Assembly (NCBI GenBank): GCA_026914245.1
Contig: CP110440.1
Location: forward strand, 3,782,001 to 3,846,000
Source: Puccinia triticina
Taxonomy: Eukaryota
Direction of reading: 5' to 3'
DNA: 64,000 bases
Position 1 is the first letter of the stretch. Every line of letters starts with the position of its first letter. The notes under the pieces are model-generated. The model was not told the origin of the DNA and searched no databases. It saw only the letters and a list, made by a program, of their open reading frames with translations. Both the position numbers and the translations under genes were made by a program. Positions 38,422 through 51,564 of the stretch are shown in pieces.

Positions 38422-39771
38422 GAGCATCTCCAACGGACTCGCTAAAGCGGGACTCGCGACCCCAACTTAGCGAGTCGGGCGAGTTTTCGGGGTCCAACGG
38501 ACTCGCTATCCGACTCGCCAAACGCCTCCCGAGTCGCCTCAACTCGCCACAGCCCTCCACTTGTGGCGAGTCTGCTCCAACCCGACACTCGGCCCTCGTG
38601 GGCCGCACCTCGCACCAGCTCGCACCCCACGCACACTATACCGCACGCTACCTCACCTACCGGCCGATCCTCTTTTCATTCAGTTGGATCTCGCTGCCGA
38701 TGACCGATCATCAATAGGATGACCGGGCATCGATGCCCATGACCAGTCATCAATAGGATGACCGGGCATCGATGCCCATGACCGGTCATCAATAGGATGA
38801 CCGGGCATCGATGCCCATGACCGGTCATCAATAGGATGACCGGGCATCGATGCCCATGACCGGTCATCAATAGGATGACCGGGCATCGATGCCCATGACC
38901 GGTCATCAATAGGATGACCGGGCATCGATGCCCATGACCGGTCATCAATAGGATGACCGGGCATCGATGCCCATGACCGGTCATCAATAGGATGACCGGG
39001 CATCGATGCCCATGACCGGTCATCAATAGGATGACCGGGCATCGATGCCCATGACCGGTCATCAATAGGATGACCGGGCATCGATGCCCATGACCGGTCA
39101 TCATTGAGACCGATCACCGGGAATCAAGACTGATGACAGGTCATTGAGACCGATTACCGGGCATCGACACTGATGACCGGTCATCGAAGCCGATGCCCGG
39201 GCATCAAGACTGATGACCGGTCATCGAAACCGATGCCTGGGCATCAAGACTGATGACCGGTCATCGAAACCGATGCCTGGGCATCAAGACTGATGACCGG
39301 TCATCGAAACCGATGCCCGGGCATCAAGACTGATGACCGGTCATCGAAACCGATGCCCGGGCATCAAGACTGATGGCCGGTCATCAAGACCGGAGACCGG
39401 GCATTACGGAACCTCTTTGACTGGAAGGAAGGCCTTCCAGTTGAAGAGGTCACAAAACCTCTTTGACCGGAAGGATTCCTTCCAGTTGAAGAGGTTACAA
39501 AACCTCTTCAAGCGGAAGGATTCCTTCCAGTCAAAGAGGTTACAAAACCTCTTCAACCAAAAGGATTCCTTCCAGTCAAAGAGGCTACAGAACCCCTTTG
39601 ACCATAAGGAATCCCTCCGGTCAAAGAGCTTTTGTAACCTCTTCGCCTGGAAGGAATCCTTCCGCTTGATTTTGAGGGACAGGTACCCGCTCTGTCCCAC
39701 TCCGTGGGTGCAGGTGTCCTACTTGGGCTAAAAACAGCTGCGGGTACCCGGGTGCGGTGGGGCCATCTCTA
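38422..39771. mobile_element. Minisatellite-filled non-autonomous element remnant with a PIF/Harbinger-like left end and a hAT-like right end
   Basis: Starts GAGCATCTCCAAC after TCA and ends GGGGCCATCTCTA; the two ends do not match each other. Confidence 0.5.
38700..39670. repeat. Three adjacent palindromic minisatellites (39 bp x10; 40 bp x about 7; 45 bp x about 5)
   Basis: ATGACCGGTCATCAATAGGATGACCGGGCATCGATGCCC x10 at 38700-39089; GATGACCGGTCATCGAAACCGATGCCYGGGCATCAAGACT at about 39090-39400; CCTCTTYRACYGGAAGGATTCCTTCCAGTYRAAGAGG hairpin units at 39411-39670. Confidence 0.95.
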
Positions 39772-40419
39772 GTTCAGTAAAGGTTGGACTGCGGTGCCAC
39801 TCTAGTTTGGCTAGATATCCTCTCCTCCTCACAAAAATGATCTGGTTTTTTTTCTTTTTTTGCTTTTCAAAATTCACATGTGCACATGCAAGTGAACTTT
39901 TTCACACTTTTCTGATAGTCACCCTGATGTACGCGCATACATTGATGTGGGAATATCACAGGGTGGGCATTTCACAGCAACATGAAAAGTAAAAACTTTG
40001 TGTTGAGACGCCACTTGTCCCCCTGATGCACATGGGTACATGAGGGAGACAATATCACAGGCTGAGCCTTTGAAATCTCCATGAAAAGGACACACTGGTC
40101 ATGGAGCCAAGAAAGGCCTATATTCTGGGTGGGTTCTGGATGAATTCTAGATGAGTTCTGGATGAATTCTTGGCAAGTTATGGTTTATTTCAGGATAATT
40201 TCCAACTGATATCCACAGCTGACTTCCTGTCTGTTTCATACCTATCCAGTATTTTTTTACCAAAGGCCTCCAGCAGGGTTATGGAAAAAAGTTACAGTAG
40301 GGCACTACCTGGGGAGTGGAAAAATATCTCCCCTGGTGTCAGTACTTGACTTTTTCACTCAAAGTTTCTGCAGCTATTGATATGAGACTGACTGTTTTAA
40401 ATTGTTATTGATGTTACTT

Positions 40420-41060
40420 AGGAGTTGTACCAAGGGCTATATGCATTTATTGCCACAAACAACTTTCAGCAGAACCATTGTCAGGAACAAACTATCTGCA
40501 TCAACATTCCAATTGCTGTATTGCAGACAATGGAGCAGTCTTTCAACTCAGGCTTGTTAGATTCAACGGCTTGACTAGTAACCAGGCTTGGGTATTTTCT
40601 CAAGATACAACTCAAGAGAAATTTGTGAAAGCAATTATAGAGCACAAATATTCATTTGCAATGGCCAACCACAAGGGATTCCAAGAGTTCATGCAATCAG
40701 CCCAGCCCAGCTTTGTCATACCCTGACGCAAGGCGGTCTGAACTGATTGCATTAGCATTTTCAATGAAATTAAGCAAGCTGAAATGGCAAAGATGGCCCA
40801 GTCCAATATGATCTTGTTAACAACTGAAATGTGGATACTTTGGATCTCCCCACTTATATGGTAATAACTGCCCACTTCATCACCAAGAAGTGGGAAATAA
40901 CCAAGTGAATCATCAGCTTTTCGCCCATACCACCTCCGCACTCTGGCCACACAATCTCTAAGCAACTGTTCCATGTTCTGAATGAGTGGAAATGCTTGAA
41001 CAAGCTTGGCTTTGTAACTCTTGATAATGTGTCAAATAATACTGCAGCTATGATCTGATT
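40420..41060 (+). pseudogene. hAT transposase remnant
   Basis: FVKAIIEHKYSF..F.EFM...QP.F.IP, LTTEMW, YMVITAHFI..W, PPPHSG..I, VTLDN.SNN; several stops. Confidence 0.85.
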
Positions 41061-44000
41061 GCAGTGATTCCCGGGGGCGCAACACTATTGCCCTCGGGGC
41101 GCCCCATCCGCCCCGGTGTATAGGTCTTTCTCTCTCTCTTTTCTTTTCTCTTTTCTCTTTGGTTTTCTTTCTTTATTACAACGAACATCCTTCCATGAAC
41201 TCACCACACTGTGTTCTGCTGTTCGTTGCAACACGCCAGCCCTTGATGTACCATGTGTACCATTAGTTCCCGGGGCGTACAAGCGAGCGAAAAACCATCG
41301 GACCACCGGGATTTTTCCTGGCTGGGTTATTTTTTGTAGAAAGACTACTTATACCGGCTAAGGGCCCATGGTGGGAAGTACATAAATATTTATGCAGTGG
41401 AGATGGTTGATTCCTCTTGACCACAGCCGGATCAAGGAGGTCTTCATCCAATCACAGCGGGAAGGAGGTCATCATGATCCCGGAGATCCCGGTGCTTTGT
41501 GTGCTAGAAACCTGAAGATTAGACAGCAGCTTTGTCAGGCTTTACCTGGCTTTACCTCGAGGGCCCGAACTATGTACACAATAAAGTGAATGTATATTCC
41601 TCTTGATGACCGGCCGGTCCCGTCATCGAGAGAAGAATATGCACCGCTGGATGACCTGTGTATGTATTTATACCGGCTATTGAGAGGGAGCCGGAGGGTG
41701 GAATTCGCCGGCCGACTTGAGATGCGGGATGGCAGGGGATGGCCGCACACTTCATACGAGCAAGCTTTACGTGGTATGTATTTCGCAGCGTCACGGGTTG
41801 AGATTCAAGTTCGGCTGCCTCGCCTTGCCTATTTGTAGCCTACCCAGCGGTTATAACAGGTAACATAACCGCTGGGCATCTCGCTGAGAATGACTCGTTT
41901 ATCTGTACATATATCTTCGACTCCCGCGTGACCAAGCTAGCCAGGATCGGAGCTTTCGGATATGATGTCCGGGGCTTGGCCCGAGCCAATGTTCAGATAT
42001 GTACTTGGCTATAAGCGAGGACCGGTAAAACAAGGTCAAACAATCCCCTACGGCCCCCAAGACCAGACAATATGTTGGTCATCTGGCAGAGTAAGGGGCT
42101 TACAACGGCTGCCTTTATCAAGTCCGACAACACAACAAGTTGACCAGTTCGGTCAACCTGCCGTTGGATGAGCGGTCGGGGGTCTGCGTGCGGGGTTGCC
42201 GGTAACGTGCGCCCCGGGGCCGTACTCACATGTCATCCCCGCCGCCCGGGATCGGAGTCAAGCGGCGCGAGTACAGCATAACCGCTGTGGCAGTGCTTCG
42301 AACTCCGCCCGTCGTCTATAAATAGACCAAAGCTTCGGTCTCTGATGAAGCTATATGCCCAGGTTGCTAGTTTCTGGACTCTGGTGTCTTGGGAAGGGAA
42401 AATATGCAAAAAACATTCTCTTCAATAGTTGGTAAATCTCGGTAGGAACTACAATAATAAGTCGGCGTAAGATGGATATTGGCCAGACTGGTACAGCAAC
42501 ATAGACCTTCAAGCCGCTTGAGTTATCTATCCTTTTAACGGTCTAGATGTTCTTTGTCTTCGATTGGGGGAAGCATCGTCCCATCAGCTTCAAAGACGGG
42601 CTGCCGAGCTGGAGTCAAGAGCTCCCCCTCCCCAGAAAATCTGGGCCATCTCTTCCGGGCCGATATCCTCCATCCTTTTGTCTTTCTCCTTGCCCATTCT
42701 CAAATGAATTCCCATCCCTTTTTCCTCATATAATATCATCTACAGTCTGTCATCAGTTAGCTGCCTATCTTCGTTTATTATTCCCATTGTCTTCGCCTTT
42801 AAACAACCCTGAGCCCGTCATCTCAATCCTCCAGGCCCAAGAAATTGGACTATAGTCTTGCTACTTTTCCTTCGTCAGTAACCTGTTATTTGAAAAAGAT
42901 AGTATGAGCTATGGAAGCTGAAGGCCTCTGACATATCCCTTCATTAAACAGATTGTGCTCGACACGGCTAGGACTTAGACTTCGCGACGCTGCTAGGACT
43001 TTGGTGAAGACTTCACAAGGTAAACCATCACGCTGCCCTTAGTCTTCCAGTCCTCTTCCGTTTCAATCTGGCATCGAATACGTTTTCTCCTACAAATGGT
43101 TCGGCTCGCTTCCATATTCCGTCCCCATAGTATATTTACTTAGTCCATCTTCAAAACGATCACAAATCCCCACTTGGCGCTAACTGGCGCTAAACATATG
43201 GCTTCCTGTCACCTGCCTGCCGCTTCCAAATCGTAGCTGAGGAATCCGCTAGGGTGATGCGGATATCAGATCTCACTCCCCAGAATCACCTCATTTTCTT
43301 GCTTCCTCCCTATCGGCTTCAAATCCCAAACAGCCCCACGGCCACCATCGACTTTCCCTTTGCCTCATCGCTCAGCTCTGTTCAATTTAGCGAAGGCTCA
43401 GTCGGGCCAATCTATATGCGTGTGGATGGATGTTCAGCCAGACAATTCTGGATTTAAAGGCACATCCCGCTCCGAGTTTCGAGGTGACGAGAGTGTCATA
43501 CATATATCCCGGTCACTGCAACATATAAATATGTTTGTTTGTTATGGAGAAGAAAAGCATGGCCACACTCCAGAGCCATTCACACGCATCTTGTTTTCCT
43601 TGTCTTTGCGCCTTTTCGAGCACGTGGATTGGCTGCAAAAGACGCATTTTTACAGCGCAGACCGTATATCTCAAGAATCTTAACTCTTTCCATTCGCTGC
43701 AGTTTGAAGTTATTTTTATGTACAGCGTGATACGTAAAAACTATAGACAAGAAAAAGCGTGTCAGCCAAGATATCGCTGGATTTTGAGTTAGTCTAGTTC
43801 AGGACTTGCTAGCTCTCATGATGGAGCTATGAAGACACTTGGACGATCACGCAGATATTTGTCTTTTTACTATTTATGTATGACCCAAATTCTTTGCACC
43901 GGATCGTGCGATGATGTTTATCAGATGAACCGCCGGCTGGTTTTTCTTTGTTTTGGTGTTTTCCTGTCGACCCATTATATCAACGGGCCAAAGTGCCTAT

Positions 44001-44373
44001 CCTATTGGCAATCGTCACATTCGGCCGGTCGCTTCAGCTACTTGATTTTCTCAATCGGTTGCCACCATAGTTCCATCGCTTTTCCTGCAGCGCTCTGTTT
44101 CCCTTTTTCGCCTGCGTCTGATGTTTTGGAGATCTATCGGACAAGACCCAGGCATTTTAGATCATTCCCCTAGTCTAGCCCCCAAAGAAATGTGCCGTAT
44201 GAAAACTTCATTGAGGCTGTTACTTAGTAGATGGCTGGCCAAGCCATCGGTAGATCACTATTCCTCCTCTTTCTTCCTGGGCCCTTTCCCCTTACTGAAT
44301 GATTGATCCTATTACTTGAGTGTTAGAGAACTGATGTGGATTTTACTATTTGATTGTTTTTTTGCTTCATCAG

Positions 44374-46404
44374 ATGCACCCGGATCAGCACAGGGCCATA
44401 GACAACAGCGACTTTGTGGAGTCGATTCAAGAACCCAATCACTTCCCATCTGGCCGGTCCAGCCGAGCGACTGCTGCATCTGTTTGCACTGACTCTAGCG
44501 TCACTGAGCATTGTTGTTCAGAGGAGTACACTCCCAAAGAATCAGAGGTAAGCAAATGTGGCTGCACTTTTTCATCCACAGGGATCCATGCTCTTTGAGA
44601 GTGCTGGTTGAGAAACCCAGCAAACTCTGCTCCGACTGCCCTGCCCTCCCCGGGCTTGGATAGACTTGGCATTGATTTTCTTCTTACTCGGAACTAATTA
44701 GACTTTTGTTTCTTTCTCATCGGAAATTTTGCAGAAAAAGCTGAGGAGTCTTGTCAATCAGCGCTCGAGATCAATCAAACGTTTCCTTTGGGATGAGCCG
44801 CTGGGTCGACCGGTGCCGGCGCGGAACTCGATCGACAGTAAGTTGACCGCCGTTGAGTCGGTCTGTTCCCGGACCCCGTCCGATTCGGCACAGCTCAAGC
44901 TCCGATCGGCGCACCGGTCGATCTCCCCGTTCGCTCTTGCCACCTTTGCCGCCGATCCTCACCCGATCTATTCTCAGCCTCCCCAACCACCCCCGACGTG
45001 CCCCTTGCCATCACTGCCCGTTGACCTCCCGGCGTCGTCCAGTAATAACTCACCCTCCCCGGCCCAGCCGAGCTTCTCAGCTTCGGCGGCCAGTCTGTCG
45101 TCGCTCTCCCGCGGGCCCAAGCCTGCGCTACACTTGCCTCCTCGCCAGCAGTATCCCAGCCTCCCACAGCTGCACTCTCAAGCTAGTCTCCAGAATGTGC
45201 ATCCATGCATTTCTTACCGTCAGGCTCACCAGCCAGCCGAAGATACTTTCTACGATGATGACCCGTTCGCGGCCGAAAGAATCGTGGTGACCGGGCCCCG
45301 TCACCGCCAGGCCAGCTCGGGATGGCCTGATGACGAGTCCGTCGATCCGCTAGGCCCGGTCGCCCGCCACAGCAGGCCGAATTCCGTCTATACGGCTGCA
45401 TCCGAATCTTGTTATTCTGTCAACACCACCATCGACTCCGGAGTCGTCCCTTCACCCTTTGGTGGATATGTCTTTGCTACCACGCCCCGCACGCAAGGTC
45501 CACCCACCTCAATCTCTACCAGTGGCGAAAGTCAGGAGGGAGTGATCACCCCAAGCATCTCCGGCGAAGATGATGAGCTTAGCCAGATCGGAGTACCCCA
45601 GCTACACCGACTGACTATGACCTCTCCTGAGGTCCCTTCCCCCAAGGAGCTCCACATTGTCCCCTCTCCTCCTCCGCTTGCCGAGACTTTCAGCTTCGGA
45701 TTACCCAGTCGATTTGACGGGTTTTTCTTTGGATATCATCGGCGCCCCGATCCGAAGTACCATGCTGGTCCGGCCATGATCCTCAAAGTATCTCCACCTA
45801 TCAGCTCGACCGCCTTCAGTCCGGGAGAATCAATCCGATTCAAAATCACACTTGCGAACCTTTTCGATCATGTCATCGTCAGTTTTGTCGGCGAATCCAG
45901 ACTCCTCGGTGAACATAAAATCAAATCTCATCGGTTCCTTAAACATGAAGTCGACCTCGATTCTCCCGGGAAATATGGCTGTTGGGAGGTCCAACGTGGT
46001 GTCGACCCTAAGGAATGGCTCGTTCATTTAAAAATCCCGTCCATTTCTAATTGCAACTGTAAAGAGAAATTGGACAAGAATCACTTCGGAGAACTAGATA
46101 TACCTTCGAGTACGATTAACAACAAAGTGAGGGATCAAATGCCTACAATTCAAAAGGTCGCTTTTTACTGAAACAACAATCTTCACTTTTTTAGATCTTT
46201 ATCGCTTATCATCTGATCATCCGAGGAATCGGAAAACAGAAGAAAGCCGAGAAACCAACTAAGAAAAAGAAGAAATCGAAAGGGGAAGAAAGAGTTAGAT
46301 TGACAGTAATGGTCAAAAAAGAAAAAACTCCTTATCCAGCAACACTTCCTGAAAAGGTCTGGGTTGCTGGTGAACACAATTATTCGTGTGTATCAATCGA
46401 ATGA
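44374..46404 (+). CDS. Hypothetical protein: long P/S-rich N-terminus plus C-terminal arrestin-N-like beta domain (exons 44374-44547, 44735-46126, 46195-46404)
   Basis: Phase-0 GT-AG introns keep the frame. FSPGESI...VSFVGES...FLK...IPSS...IAYHLII matches the arrestin_N pattern. The ATG follows CAG, so further upstream exons are possible. Confidence 0.7.
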
Positions 46405-46820
46405 AGGTCTTATGAATTAAACGACTTATAACTGTCAGCTTGTACCTGGCTTGTCTCTTGTTTGAAGAAGAATCTGCATTTGTCTAAAAAGAAGAAGATC
46501 ACTCGAGGGCTAAGCCTTCAACTGATTGGTTTTGTGATCTGTACCTTCGTCCCAAGCGGTTCTTCTCCATAAATACTTAATACTTGTATGCTCTGTGTCT
46601 TCTTTTGGTTTGCATCTCCTCCAGAGTTCTCCCAAATTTCGAAAGAAGAAACGCATAATTTCCCCACTTCAAAGGCACCCTCGTGAGGGGTGATTCTGAG
46701 ACTCTGGAACCTGGGCATTTTTCTTCGTCTGACTCTGCAGTGAGAGACTGAGACAAGAGCTGCAAGCAAAGGCGCCTCTTTACTGCAGATGCCGCACTTT
46801 TGTTCAAATCCTAGCCTAAC

Positions 46821-47237
46821 TATTGTCTTTTTCAAAAACCTTGGTCACTTTTTTGTTCTTTTGTTTTGGTAGATCCTTGCAGATCCCATATTTTTCTTAT
46901 ATACTTCTTGACAGGTGTCAGATGCGGCCCAAGGCTAAATCTCACCTCAGAGCCATTGTCCTCCAGAAGAAAGTGAAGGAGTTGACTTCAGTAAAAAGCG
47001 AGTTCATATTTGGAACCAGAGCCAAAAGAATACCCCTCCTGCCCCTCCTCATGGTGCTGGACAGCTGCCCTCCGCCTGAACGGAGGGGCCGACGGAGCCC
47101 GGGATCGTTACACCAGCTGCAAGGACAAGAGAGATGTGGGATAATTGAGCCCAAAGTTAATCTTAAAACTGAAAATAAACCCATACAATGAAACAAAAAA
47201 GAAGAAAAAGTGACCAAGGTTTTTGAAAAAGACAATA
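46821..47237. mobile_element. MITE-like element with 33-bp inverted termini including terminal TA
   Basis: TATTGTCTTTTTCAAAAACCTTGGTCACTTTTT at 46821 and its reverse complement ending at 47237; the TA may be a Tc1/mariner-type TSD. Confidence 0.75.
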
Positions 47238-47937
47238 CATAAATCTCTTGAACGGAGGGGAGGGGGGGCCCTTGTCTCAAATTGGGACGTCAAAACGGGG
47301 CCTAATTATAGAAAGAACTATGAAAAGAGAGTTGGTGAGCACAGACCCATTCAGTGCAAAATTCAATGTTTCAGTCTTATTAAGGATTTTTTCTGGAGTG
47401 GAAGGAGTTTTGTGAAATGACTCAAATCATGTAGGTTGGACAGGCATATGCTAGCCTTTGACCTCAGCAATTTTATTCCAAAAAATGTTGTTGTGGCAAG
47501 GAATCACAGAGGTTTGAATATTCCTCCCAGCCAAACTCAGATTCTTGGCACGCCAAAAAGGGGCAATAGCACGCAAGTCCCTGAACTTTGTGCGGATAGC
47601 TCAACAGAGTCAATACTTTTTTTTTTTTTTTAAGTGCAGTTTGTTTTGACATTGCGCACTATGAGGTAAGAACAAGAGATGCCACTCAGGGCTACAAACT
47701 TTCCGACCAAAATTTTCAACGTGTTTAAATCATAAGAAAAGGAGAAATGAGAGAGTCAATACTTGCATCAAGTAGAGAGAGAAAGAACTACATGAGTCTG
47801 TGACAGGTGTCGTAGTCGAGTACAGGTACTCTAGTGGTGTCACAACAAGTCCCTCGAGACTTCGGGCCCCCGGGGGGTAGGCTGAACTCGAGAAGCGAGC
47901 CTTGCCTCCTGCCGAGGGCTGTCGGAAACAAGATTTG

Positions 47938-49438
47938 ATGGCCGAGATCGACAGAATGGATGAGCTCGAAGCGATTACGAACGCGCTGGACGAATACCAA
48001 TCAACGAAACTATTTTCGCTTGATGTAAGACGCGACTTGATTGGCCAAGAAGCGTCGTTTGATAACTCGCAAGAAATCGACACCAATGAGGACCTTCCTG
48101 AAAACGTGAAACAGATGGAAGTCGACGAGAAACTGCTCACTACTTTGGATTATGATCTGATTAGTTACGAGGTACCGTTATATCTCCCTCTCTCAACCGC
48201 GTTCTGCGACGTGTTAACATGTCGTTCTCATTCCCAAACACTTTTACCTAGTCTTACCTCTCGGCAGTCAAATTCAACTGGGTCGAGGCCGCTGCAAAAG
48301 AAAAGTTTATCGCGAGCACGATATTTGAGGAAAAGGGATGGAATTGTTCATACGACGAGATCCAAAGACTGAGTGAGTTGAGCTTCCAGCATCATCAATT
48401 TAAAACTGAAGTCGTGCCCCTTAGCAAAAAACCAGTTGAAATTTGATCTCTTGTAGATGTGACCAACTCGGAGTATGAGACTACGCTCAAGGCTTTACAA
48501 GCAGCAATTGATGATGATGAAAGCAAGATCTTAGAGATGGCGCAGGAGCTCCAAGACCGATACACGGACGCACAGGCGACGTACAAGCTGAACCGGGCAT
48601 TGACGAACGATATAGCGGACTTGGAGCTCGAGCTGAACGAGCTCAAGATGAACCAGAAGGAGGACGACATGGAGCTGATGACGATCAGCGAGGCGACTGA
48701 GGCCGCCGGAGATTTGGAACGTCAGCTGATGGAATTGGCCTCCAAGCTCTCGGAAAATCACCAGCAGATCCCCAAGTTGAAGGCCCAGTATCCTAAAGAA
48801 TTCAAGCTCGTCGACCAGCTCAGAGTCGAACGGAACGCGCTTGATAAGGCGGAAGGTGACCGTAGAAGAACCCTGGGTGGAAAGACCAAGAGAAGTTCGA
48901 TTGCTAAACTGGAATCCGCTCGAACATGGTTCGTTTCAATCCCTGTTGTTAATGTATTTTATGTTTTTATCTGTGTTTTTTTTTTTCAAAAAAAAAAAAA
49001 AAACCTCGCTCACTCTATGATTGTGTGGCTTAAACTCTCAGGTTAACCAGTACCACTCAAAGTTACAGGGCCGCGATGGGGATACTATCAATTGACATTT
49101 CAGGCTCAAATCCACTATTTCCCAGCAAGTTACACATCAAGTTTGGTCTACGCCATCCGCTAACCGGGACGCTTGTGATTGAATTCGCTGGGTCTCCTGC
49201 GCTTGGGACCCTGACCATCTCATCCGCCTATGTGAATGACCGCGCACCATCCTTATCTCTCTCCTGCATTCCAAGCTGACCATCCCATTATTTCTTGTGG
49301 TCTGGCTAGCTCGACCAATCTTCTCAGGATATCAGCTCGATTGTCGACCCTCATGTCCGTAATGATGAACTCATCGCTTTGATTATCTCCGTCCAACTCT
49401 TCCTGGCCCAGCTCCAATCTTCCCTCCCCGAGAATTGA
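47938..49438 (+). CDS. SOS7: Kinetochore protein, Sos7/Kre28/Zwint-like (exons 47938-48171, 48252-48372, 48457-48928, 49042-49231, 49310-49438)
   Basis: All four GT-AG introns are frame-consistent. YLSAVKFNWVEAAAKEKFI resembles the Sos7 motif, followed by a long coiled coil and a compact beta/alpha C-terminus. Confidence 0.7.
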
Positions 49439-50340
49439 TACACTGCGAAGTACAGATCATCTCTTGCTCCGCTTCGTGATGTACTAGTGCTTTACCCTCT
49501 AATACCCTCTCATAAGCTATCCTTATGGATACGGCTGTTGTTACGCTGAAGTCAACCTACTACCATGTATCAACTTCCTCCTCTTCCCCTCTCCGCATCT
49601 CCAAGTTCCGTGTTGTAGTTCTGCGCTTACCTCCATAATCACTTGTATTCTTGAAAAACCCATATACTAATGACAATTGTTTCTGGTGTTGTGCTATGTG
49701 AAGTGATAACCATCCAAGATACATATTCTATCTGGTGTTGAGTTTTTCCTGTCACATATTGAAGCCCCTCCCCCGGCGTTCCCGAGGTACCATAATGCAG
49801 AGGTGACGGGACTTGTGATAAATAAGGCTGCTGCCGACAAGCGCTAATTCTAAATATTAGTCACAAACTTCAAGAGGAGATCCAAGACCAACGCATTAAT
49901 CAATGACGGGATGCAGAAAGTCTTGCCGTCTTTGGAAGGAAGCACGTTAAGCCCGTTAGGTGTCGCGATTTATTCACTCACACAAGCTCTTCGCGACCCC
50001 GAAAGTTGAAACATGCTGAAGCTGACTGCGTATGTTACATAATCCCCCAGCGGACAACACGAACGTTGAGCCTCGCACGAGTGACCGTTAGCTTTCTCCG
50101 AGCGGGCTGTTGATTGGTTTTTGACGGTAGATTTTCGGTTAGAGTGCAGCTTGTTGTATTTATTGAGATCTCTTCGCATCGGATTGTGTTACTTTCGCTC
50201 TCGCAATCCTGCCCACTGGCGACCCCCCACCCCTCGACCCCCCTCCCGGTATCCGCTCTGAATCGGTTCAGGTCCTCTCGGACTCGATTCACAACCCTCG
50301 AGACGCGCCTGTCGCCAACGACGCGTCGCCTGACATCGTC

Positions 50341-51564
50341 ATGACCTCCGCACCCGAACCGAGTCGGCTCCTCGAAACCCGTCTGCCAGCGCCCCCTGCG
50401 ACTCCAGCGACCGAGGCCACGTCGGCGTCATTCCTCCGATCCCTTCTGGCCCGCCCAGAAAACCAAACCCATGACGGAAAAGTTGTTATGGACACGATGC
50501 TAATGTCCTTACTACTTCAGCTCCTGGACAGCGAAGCCGAGCAAAAGCGCATGATCTTACGTACGATGGAAGAAATGCGCCAGACCATGCAGGAGATGAA
50601 ACTCGCGATGGCGGACCTTCGCGAGCTACCAGGACGCGTCACAACCATCGAGGCAGGACAATTGACGCGAAAACAACCCGCAACGGTCAAATCCTACGCG
50701 TCGACTGCAGCTAAGCCGAAAGCCCCGCCCCCCCCTCCGACCAAGACTGAGATGACAGCGGCTCGGCCGGGCCTGACGATCATTCACGCCCGAGCGGGCA
50801 CCACACCACTGAAGGAAGTAGACGCTGAAATCGTTGTCCGGAAAGCGAACGAGGTCCTCGACAAGATGAACGCCAACGTCCAGGGCGAGAAGGTTACGGT
50901 TAAGGCCGTCCGGTTCCTGCCATCTGGTGACGTGTCCTTCTACTCGAAAAACCGCCAACACAAAGAGTGGCTGATGCGCAACAAACATGAGTGGAGCAAG
51001 CAGGTTCACCCCGACTTAGAAGTGTTGCCAAGCACATATTCGGTCCTGGCCCACGGGATTCCCCGGACATTCAACGTCAACGCGGCAGCGAGTAAGATCG
51101 CCATCGCTGCGGACAACAACAATTTTGGTTCAGAAAAAATCTTCAGGATCCGATGGCTGGGAGGCTCCAGGGACCCGATGGACCCTCGGCAGGCCGGTAC
51201 CATTGTTATATCTTTCACTGACCCTGCAACCGCTGACCTATTGGTTAAACAGCGAGGATTATTTTTGAGTGGCTGCTTTCATAGGGCCGAACGATTCAAG
51301 AAATTGCCGCCGCAGTGTTTCAAATGCCTGCAAATGGGCCACTTTGGCAAATGGTGCCGGGCTGACCCGAAGTGCGGTAAATGCGGAGCTAAGCACAAGA
51401 CTCGGGACTGCCAGGAGGCAGCAAGCTCAGGAGGAAAGCTGTGTGTGATCTGTAAGGACGCCGGCAAGGGGAAGGGAGTTTGGGAAACCCACACGCCTTT
51501 TGATAAGGCGTGTGAGGTGAAACGGGCATGGCTACTTTCTAAAAATCACCTCCGCAATGAATAA
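50341..51564 (+). CDS. LINE ORF1 (gag-like, coiled coil plus CCHC knuckles)
   Basis: QCFKCLQMGHFGKWC, CGKCGAKHKTRDC, CVIC...H.....C. Confidence 0.95.
   Translation: MTSAPEPSRLLETRLPAPPATPATEATSASFLRSLLARPENQTHDGKVVMDTMLMSLLLQLLDSEAEQKRMILRTMEEMRQTMQEMKLAMADLRELPGRVTTIEAGQLTRKQPATVKSYASTAAKPKAPPPPPTKTEMTAARPGLTIIHARAGTTPLKEVDAEIVVRKANEVLDKMNANVQGEKVTVKAVRFLPSGDVSFYSKNRQHKEWLMRNKHEWSKQVHPDLEVLPSTYSVLAHGIPRTFNVNAAASKIAIAADNNNFGSEKIFRIRWLGGSRDPMDPRQAGTIVISFTDPATADLLVKQRGLFLSGCFHRAERFKKLPPQCFKCLQMGHFGKWCRADPKCGKCGAKHKTRDCQEAASSGGKLCVICKDAGKGKGVWETHTPFDKACEVKRAWLLSKNHLRNE

Noticed and set aside
38700..39400. CRISPR-like array of palindromic repeats
   Set aside because: Units are contiguous with no unique spacers, there are no cas genes, and the context is eukaryotic; it is a minisatellite.
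38676..39731. Repetitive ORFs (MTGHGHRCPVILL)n and (QNLFDRKDSFQLKRL)n
   Set aside because: By-products of repeat units whose lengths are multiples of three.
41070..42260. GC-rich ended segment that truncates the hAT remnant
   Set aside because: Probably another TE, but no convincing TIR, TSD or coding motif was found.
42326..42400. CTGATGA hammerhead-like core
   Set aside because: No correctly placed stem II followed by GAAA.
49750..49860. Possible HDV-like ribozyme at the LINE 5' end (GCC-loop-GGC, CTTGT/ACAAG stem, GCTAAT)
   Set aside because: I could not build consistent P1, P1.1 and P2 pairings by hand; a covariance-model search on the family consensus is needed.
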